A stretch of DNA of 59,392 nt from a virus, in IMG/VR virus record IMGVR_UViG_3300045988_149079, positions 1-59,392 of that record, one strand, 5' to 3'. The notes under the pieces were generated by a model. The model searched no databases. It saw only the letters and a program-made list of their open reading frames with translations, and was not told the origin of the DNA. Below, piece by piece: positions 54,260-59,392 of this stretch. The position numbers were made by a program, and so were the translations under genes. Numbering within the stretch: position 1 is the stretch's first letter; each line of letters opens with the position of its first letter.

Positions 54260-54628
54260 ATGAAAATAAATGGAAAAGAAATTAGAATTGAAGTAAAAGG
54301 GGCAAAATCACCAGAAGAAGCTAAGAAAATAGCATTAGAAAAAGCCAAAAAAGAAATTGATAAAATGTTTGATGAAATTAGTTGTGAACATAATGAAGGT
54401 AACTTCATGTTAGATGTTAATTATAAAAATGGTTCAATGGTAGCTGAAACAAGAGTACATGGAAATACTAAAGATATTTTATTAGCATTCGGACCAGCGG
54501 CTTATAGATTTATTCAAAGTTTAACTGGAATGGATAAAGATTCTGCAAAAGAATATTTTAAAGCATTATCAGATAATGTTAATGAAGGAGAATTTGATGA
54601 CTTAGAGGGGGAAGAAATAGATGGATAG
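54260..54628 (+). CDS. Hypothetical protein
   Basis: 122-aa ORF with SD 'gggagg'. Confidence 0.5.
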   Translation: MKINGKEIRIEVKGAKSPEEAKKIALEKAKKEIDKMFDEISCEHNEGNFMLDVNYKNGSMVAETRVHGNTKDILLAFGPAAYRFIQSLTGMDKDSAKEYFKALSDNVNEGEFDDLEGEEIDG

Positions 54629-54887
54629 TTTAAAACAATTATCCATTGATGATATCCTTAATAATGAGGAGCTTCAAGTGGAGGAAATAGAAGATATTAA
54701 AGAACCTTCAGTAGAAGAACAAATAGAAATGGCTACTAAGGATCTAAATAATAAAATAAATGATCTTACCCAACAAATATATTATAGAGAACATGAAAAT
54801 GCAGAATTAAGAAAAGCTATGGATGAACAAGCAAGACAATTTGAAAGAACTATAGCAGCATTGGTTTATTCTATATATGGAAGATAA
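54621..54887 (+). CDS. Hypothetical protein
   Basis: 88-aa acidic coiled-coil ORF with SD 'gaggggg'. Confidence 0.5.
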   Translation: MDSLKQLSIDDILNNEELQVEEIEDIKEPSVEEQIEMATKDLNNKINDLTQQIYYREHENAELRKAMDEQARQFERTIAALVYSIYGR

Positions 54888-55182
54888 TATGAGAAGATTA
54901 GCTTATTTATTAGATAAATATTTAGTACCTACATTATTATCAATAATCTTAATAATTTGCGTATATGGTATATTTATTAAGATAGATAATAATAAATTAA
55001 AGGAACAAAATACTGAATTAAAAGTAAAAGTATCTGAATTAGAAACCAATAATAAAGATCTAAATAATCTTGTTATAGAAAGAAATAATGAGATATATAG
55101 ATTAAAAATGATTGCTGAAGAATGGAAAGAATTATTCTATACAGAAATAGATTTTCATCCATATGAAGGACCTGAATGGTAA
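54877..55182 (+). CDS. Membrane-anchored coiled-coil protein
   Basis: TM 'LVPTLLSIILIICVYGIFI' followed by a coiled coil. Alternative start ATG 54889. Confidence 0.5.
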   Translation: MEDNMRRLAYLLDKYLVPTLLSIILIICVYGIFIKIDNNKLKEQNTELKVKVSELETNNKDLNNLVIERNNEIYRLKMIAEEWKELFYTEIDFHPYEGPEW

Positions 55183-55306
55183 AATAACATATAATAGTAA
55201 TATTCGGTTGTTAGTAGTAATGGCGCTTATAAACGTATAGTATGCTAACGTAAAAAGGCTAAAGTAATAGGGGCACCATCCTTTTCCGATATATTCTCTC
55301 ATTATA

Positions 55307-55397
55307 TAAGCCGGTGGTGGAATAAAGACACGCAAGGAGCAATTGTGAGGTATCAGTAATGACCTCGTGGGAGTATTAAATCTCTTCCGGCTTACCA
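55307..55397 (+). ncRNA. Cloverleaf-like sub-domain closed by an 8-bp helix and followed by ACCA
   Basis: 'taagccgg' (55307-14) pairs with 'ccggctta' (55387-94), followed by 'cca'. Internal hairpins include 55346-51/55362-67. The T-loop and anticodon loop are non-canonical. Confidence 0.35.
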
Positions 55398-55729
55398 AAT
55401 AAGGTATCTACTATCAATAAGTTTTCTAGATAAACTTGATAGAGTTATAGATATAGGTGAGGCTTATCGGTGTACCTGCTGGTGATAAGGCGAAGCAGAT
55501 GGCAGTGAATTCATACTTAATGAATCGACTTTTGGATCGAAGGACGTTAGCAAGATCACAGTTTCCTAAGGTTAAGATTTAAGAACCCGAGGGTCCTAAT
55601 GCTAGACAGGTATGAGCATTCCCTTACTAATAGGGCATATTAGTTGAAATAACAATTTATCACTGACTTATGGAAAGACATATACGTCAGCTCACCTACC
55701 AGGACTAAAAACAAGGTAGGGTTGCCTAT

Positions 55730-55824
55730 GGGTATGTAGCTTAAGGGTAAAGCTTGTATCGTAATAACTGGGAACATGATACTTAATGCCACGGTTGATA
55801 TCAGTTCGAATCTGATCATACCCC
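55730..55824 (+). tRNA. tRNA-like element (canonical acceptor, D and T arms; no canonical anticodon arm)
   Basis: Acceptor 'gggtatg' (55730-36) / 'cataccc' (55817-23). D arm 'gctt-aagggta-aagc'. T arm 'atcag-ttcgaat-ctgat' (55800-16). 44 nt lie between the D and T arms, and I could not find a 5-7-5 anticodon hairpin there. Confidence 0.45.
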
Positions 55825-55840
55825 AACGTAAAACCTTTCT

Positions 55841-55877
55841 GGATATTAGCATATAGATCTAATATCCACTTTTTTTG
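55841..55877 (+). terminator. Rho-independent terminator ending the ncRNA/early unit
   Basis: 'ggatattag' (55841-49) pairs with 'ctaatatcc' (55859-67), followed by 'actttttttg'. Confidence 0.8.
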
Positions 55878-55887
55878 CCAAAAAATT

Positions 55888-55947
55888 AAAACTTTTTTAA
55901 GAAATTTTAATTTTATGGTTGATTTTTTCCATAAAATGGTATATAAT
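55888..55947 (+). promoter_or_regulatory. Early promoter-operator module, copy 3
   Basis: TTGATT (55919-24), N17, TATAAT (55942-47). Inverted repeat 'tttatgg' (55912-18) and 'ccataaa' (55929-35). Confidence 0.7.
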
Positions 55948-55979
55948 ATAATTGTAAATAAGAAAAGGAGAGATATTAA

Positions 55980-56210
55980 ATGAAAGCATTAGTTGAAATG
56001 ATAGGTAAAAGAAATGGTATTAGTGTTATTGATATTCATAATCAATATGAAAGCATTGATAATAATATTAAAAAATTAGTTGAGGCGGAAGTTAAGTTAT
56101 CAACAGATGAAATTATTATGGTAGTAATCAAATGGTGTCTAAATTTAAAGCTAAGAATGGAATACAAAACAATATTTAATTATATAACAGAAACAAGAGT
56201 TTTATATTAA
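55980..56210 (+). CDS. Hypothetical protein
   Basis: 76-aa ORF with SD 'aaaggagag'. Confidence 0.5.
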   Translation: MKALVEMIGKRNGISVIDIHNQYESIDNNIKKLVEAEVKLSTDEIIMVVIKWCLNLKLRMEYKTIFNYITETRVLY

Positions 56211-56221
56211 GAAAGGAAGAG

Positions 56222-56836
56222 ATGAAGATGAAAGGTTTAACATTTAAAGAAATTGAAAATATTATAAATAGTGAGGAATTAAAATTATATAGTAGATGGG
56301 GAAAGCACGAAGAAATAGAATCAGCAGGAATGGATCTTATATTAGATACAGTTAGAAATAAAATAATAAATATACTAAGAGAAAATGGAGCATATGATAA
56401 AAACGTATATGTAACAACATATAGATCTAAAATATATATTTGCTACGGATATAGTTGGGGATATGGAAATGAACCAAGAGGAATAAGAGTATTAGTTCGT
56501 AAAAAGAAAGATGCCAAGAATTCTAGATGGTGCGAAACATTATATACATTCGATAGAATAGAAATAGAAGTTCCACAAAGATATAATGAAGAAAAAGAAA
56601 ACTATGAGGATATGGAAACAATCCAAGAATATTATCAAGAAATAGTAGATCAAACAAATAGATCTAATGAAAGAAAAGAAAATAATTATATTGAATTCAA
56701 AGAAAAATTAGCTGAAGCGGGAATAAGTGGTAAGGAATTCATAGAACTAATGAATAAATACAAATCATTAGAATATAAATATAAACAAGAATTCGCAAAA
56801 GAAATAGATCCAGAAAAATATTATATATATTATTAG
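56222..56836 (+). CDS. Hypothetical protein
   Basis: 204-aa ORF with SD 'gaaaggaag'. Confidence 0.5.
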   Translation: MKMKGLTFKEIENIINSEELKLYSRWGKHEEIESAGMDLILDTVRNKIINILRENGAYDKNVYVTTYRSKIYICYGYSWGYGNEPRGIRVLVRKKKDAKNSRWCETLYTFDRIEIEVPQRYNEEKENYEDMETIQEYYQEIVDQTNRSNERKENNYIEFKEKLAEAGISGKEFIELMNKYKSLEYKYKQEFAKEIDPEKYYIYY

Positions 56837-56848
56837 GAGGTATAAATA

Positions 56849-57127
56849 ATGAAACTAATATATACAGGAGATTTTGAAAGATTAAAAGATTTTGGATTTG
56901 AAGTTGGAGAAGATTACTTATATGAAAAAATGCACATTGATAGTTATTACAACGGAAGTAAATCTGTAGTAGTTGATGAGAATACAAAAGAAATATATAT
57001 AGTTTGTTATAACTTTAGTTATGATGAAAGTAATATGTCAAAAAAAGTAATAAATAAAACATCTTATGTTAAAAAATATATAAAAGATTTAATACAAGCA
57101 GGACTTGTTAAAAAGGAGGAGGTATAA
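56849..57127 (+). CDS. Hypothetical protein
   Basis: 92-aa ORF with SD 'taggagg'. It shares a 26-nt initiation region with the next gene. Confidence 0.5.
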   Translation: MKLIYTGDFERLKDFGFEVGEDYLYEKMHIDSYYNGSKSVVVDENTKEIYIVCYNFSYDESNMSKKVINKTSYVKKYIKDLIQAGLVKKEEV

Positions 57128-57130
57128 ATA

Positions 57131-57325
57131 ATGAAACTAATAGATAAGATATCAGGAGAAATATTAGAAGGTAATAAAAAACAAATAGAAAAAGAATTAG
57201 TTAGAAGAGTAGATAAATACAGTAATTATGGAACAACTAAATCTAGACATACTTATAATGAAGATAAGATACCTCCAATCATAATACAAAATGGAGATAC
57301 ATATACAATAATGAGAGCTAAGTAA
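57131..57325 (+). CDS. Hypothetical protein
   Basis: 64-aa ORF with SD 'aggaggagg'. Confidence 0.5.
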   Translation: MKLIDKISGEILEGNKKQIEKELVRRVDKYSNYGTTKSRHTYNEDKIPPIIIQNGDTYTIMRAK

Positions 57326-57540
57326 TTAGTTCTTTTTTTATGTCAAAAAAATATTTTGGCGCGAGAGGGATTTGTATAAAGATATGTATATAACTAAATA
57401 ATAAGAATACATATAATAGTTAATGTAATAAAAAGAGTAATAGTATATAAAAGAGTATTATATAGTAAAGGACATTATATACTAGTCGATATAGAGGAAC
57501 TTAATAAATCCAACGGAAAACGTAGTCAGGAGGAAATTTC

Positions 57541-58983
57541 ATGAGCATACTAGATAAAATAAACGATTATTATAAACAAAAGCAAGCCATGGTAGTAGAG
57601 AATCCTGTTAATAGTAAAGTAGTAGATCTTAATGAAGTAATAGGAAGGGAATATGAACCTTTCTGGAATAGTAGAGAACGTTATAGAGCAGTTAAAGGAT
57701 CGCGTGGATCTAAGAAGTCAAAAGTAACTGCATTATTTTATATAGCAAATATGATGGAATTTCCTATGTCTAATTTAGTAGTAATAAGAAAGAGATTAAA
57801 CACTCATCGTACTTCTACTAGAAATGATTTGATATGGGCGATAAATAGATTAGGAGTAAAATCAGATTGGAATTATTCAGATTCAGATAATGGTGAATTA
57901 ACTATTACTAGAATAAGTACTGGACAGAAAATATTCTTTCGTGGTTTTGATGATCCATTAAACATAACATCATTTAGTGTTAGTGTAGGTGTTTTATGTT
58001 GGGCTTGGTTTGAGGAAGCATTCCAGATAGAGTCAGAAAGTGATTTCGATAAAGTAGATAAATCTATTCGTGGTAAAATGCCAGATGGAAGTGAATTAGC
58101 AGATCATGGCTTATGGAAACAAATAACATTTACATTCAATGCTTGGTCAGATAAAAGCTGGTTAAAGAGAAGATTCTTTGATAAATGTCCTGATGTTAAC
58201 ATAACGGAAGAAGAATTAGATGAATATAATAATGGGACAAGGAAACGAATAAATAAATGGGCCGTATGTAAGAGAGAAAACATATTCGTAGGTACTACTA
58301 TATATGCTTGTAACGAATTCTTAGATCAGGATGACTTAGATCTATTTAATTTAACAAGAGTTAATAATCCAATAGCATTCCAAATAGAAGGTCTTGGAAA
58401 CTGGGGTATTAGTGAAGGACAAATCTTTAGAAATTGGTCAGTATTAGACTTCGATTATAAGAAAATAATAAAACAATCAGTTAACATAAATGGTAAAACT
58501 AAGTTGAAATTAAGATTTGGATTAGACTTCGGTTATACAAATGACGTGGCGGCGTTAATAAGTTGTATAGTAGATGAAGAGAACATGAGAATATGGATCT
58601 TCGACGAATTCTATAAAGTAGGTCAAACTAACTTAATGTTATCTAATGTAATAAAGTATAAAGGCTATTCAAAGGAAGTTATTAGATGCGATTCTGCAGA
58701 GCCAAAGAGTATAGATGAATTAAAATATTACGGTATTACTAGAGCTATAGCAGCGTTAAAAGGTAAAGATAGTATAAGACAAGGTATTGGTAGATTAAAA
58801 GATTATAAGATATATGTACATCCTTCTTGCGAAAATACTATAATAGAATTTAACAACTATGTTTGGAAGAAAGATAAAGATACAGAGAAATTATTAAACG
58901 AACCAATAGAAGAATACAACCACCTTATGGATGCGTTAAGGTATGCTACTGAAGGAATAAGAGTTAGAACATTTAGATTCTAG
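57541..58983 (+). CDS. terL: Terminase large subunit (PBSX/XtmB family)
   Basis: Walker A-like 'KGSRGSKKSKV', Walker B 'CWAWFEEA', nuclease acidic motifs 'GLDFGYTNDVAA' and 'NHLMDALRY'. Confidence 0.9.
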   Translation: MSILDKINDYYKQKQAMVVENPVNSKVVDLNEVIGREYEPFWNSRERYRAVKGSRGSKKSKVTALFYIANMMEFPMSNLVVIRKRLNTHRTSTRNDLIWAINRLGVKSDWNYSDSDNGELTITRISTGQKIFFRGFDDPLNITSFSVSVGVLCWAWFEEAFQIESESDFDKVDKSIRGKMPDGSELADHGLWKQITFTFNAWSDKSWLKRRFFDKCPDVNITEEELDEYNNGTRKRINKWAVCKRENIFVGTTIYACNEFLDQDDLDLFNLTRVNNPIAFQIEGLGNWGISEGQIFRNWSVLDFDYKKIIKQSVNINGKTKLKLRFGLDFGYTNDVAALISCIVDEENMRIWIFDEFYKVGQTNLMLSNVIKYKGYSKEVIRCDSAEPKSIDELKYYGITRAIAALKGKDSIRQGIGRLKDYKIYVHPSCENTIIEFNNYVWKKDKDTEKLLNEPIEEYNHLMDALRYATEGIRVRTFRF

Positions 58984-58993
58984 GAGGTATATT

Positions 58994-59194
58994 ATGAAAT
59001 TCATCGCTAAAATGAGATATAAAGAGGAAACTGTAACATTATGTGAAGGAGATCATTTAGATCTATATTTAAGAATAATGGGATCTATCAATGAAGGTAA
59101 TCATATAGAAAAACTATTCATTGAAAATAACAATGAAATTATTGAGGAAAAGGTATTAGGTAAACCTAAGGTCCTGAGGAGAACTAAGAAATGA
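58994..59194 (+). CDS. Hypothetical protein
   Basis: 66-aa ORF with SD 'taggagg'. Confidence 0.5.
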   Translation: MKFIAKMRYKEETVTLCEGDHLDLYLRIMGSINEGNHIEKLFIENNNEIIEEKVLGKPKVLRRTKK

Positions 59195-59293
59195 GAAGGC
59201 TATTATGGTATTGGAAGTTATTTTGGGGAGTTAGATACTATATAATAGAAGAAAGAAAAGAGGCTAAGGAGATATTAGTATATCATCATAAAA

Positions 59294-59392
59294 TATATGT
59301 AATAAATAGGAGGAAGAAAGATGCTAAAGAAAAAGATGGATAAAAGATGTTTAGATATTATTAACCATTATGGTCCAGATCATCAAAAAAGA
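59294..59392. repeat. Terminal direct repeat, copy 2 (identical to 1-99)
   Basis: Read directly. It contains the SD and first 24 codons of the MazG-like gene. Confidence 0.95.

Larger units (their letters stand above)
55200..55877 (+). ncRNA. Large structured non-coding RNA candidate (ROOL/GOLLD-class hypothesis; 5' boundary approximate)
   Basis: The only ~800-bp gap without a credible ORF. Locally GC-enriched (27/60 G+C at 55441-55500 versus 13/60 at 56221-56280). At least 8 complementary helix pairs, a tRNA-like 3' module, and a terminator at 55841-55877. Confidence 0.6.

Noticed and set aside
55200-55877. tmRNA interpretation of the structured region
   Set aside because: The only segment complementary to the 3' acceptor strand ('cataccc') lies 87 nt upstream, not about 350 nt. 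No tag-like reading frame ending in Ala-Ala-stop was found, and there is no encoded CCA.
55183-55979. Group I/II self-splicing intron or homing-endonuclease insertion
   Set aside because: The flanking ORFs (54877-55182 and 55980-56210) look like complete independent genes with their own stop, promoter and SD. There is no internal endonuclease or RT ORF. I cannot exclude it without covariance-model searches.
504-56987. All minus-strand ORFs in the track (for example 504-788, 3878-4204, 5364-5693, 6696-6896, 8933-9145, 11041-11265, 13478-13669, 18346-18699, 23009-23332, 28021-28209, 29529-29711, 32415-32609, 34116-34337, 38269-38457, 41974-42201, 43556-43944, 47669-47935, 49072-49284, 50963-51157, 55132-55398, 55640-55852, 56739-56987)
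   Set aside because: Each is antisense to a well-supported + strand gene or to the structured RNA. They lack SD sequences and translate to low-complexity Ser/Leu/Ile/Phe-rich peptides typical of AT-rich antisense frames.
1-59392. Lysogeny module, transposase/IS, toxin-antitoxin or known defence/anti-defence cassettes
   Set aside because: No integrase, recombinase, CI/Cro-like pair, or transposase signature was recognisable in any frame. Absence of evidence by eye only.

Overview
The window is one complete genome of a tailed dsDNA phage. Bases 1-99 are identical to 59294-59392, so the unique unit is 59,293 bp, consistent with a circular or permuted assembly. It is AT-rich, every credible gene is on the + strand, and most genes have strong AGGAGG-type Shine-Dalgarno sites. 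The endolysin is GH25 + 2x CW_7 + LysM, so a low-GC Gram-positive (Clostridia-like) host is likely. I found no integrase, repressor, transposase, rRNA or CRISPR, so it looks lytic. Modules in order: (i) TerL at 57541, wrapping into MazG-like, portal, SPP1-gp7/Mu-F head protein, scaffold, gpD-like decoration protein, gpE-like capsid, connectors, then a PBSX-like contractile tail (sheath, tube, chaperone with a visible -1 frameshift, tape measure, XkdP/Q/R/S/T/U-like baseplate, fibres), then lysis genes (1-24403). (ii) Small early genes (24.5-26.7 kb). (iii) A replication block with SNF2 helicase, initiator with iterons, two sigma-like factors, helicase loader, DnaB, primase, gp32-like SSB, PolA, sliding clamp, three clamp-loader subunits, RecA-like protein and nucleases. 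(iv) A 7-deazaguanine DNA-modification cluster (DpdA, QueC, QueD, QueE, FolE) interrupted by HAD, PRTase and small membrane genes. (v) TerS-like gene and small genes. Most notable is a roughly 680-nt ORF-free, GC-enriched, helix-rich region (55200-55877, + strand) ending in a tRNA-like module and an intrinsic terminator, which I interpret as a large structured ncRNA (ROOL/GOLLD-class candidate). Other notable items: three tandem receptor-binding-like paralogs behind a G9-containing leader ORF; an invariant TCGTATAAT promoter-like motif before at least 8 middle genes; and a 60-bp early promoter-operator module present three times.
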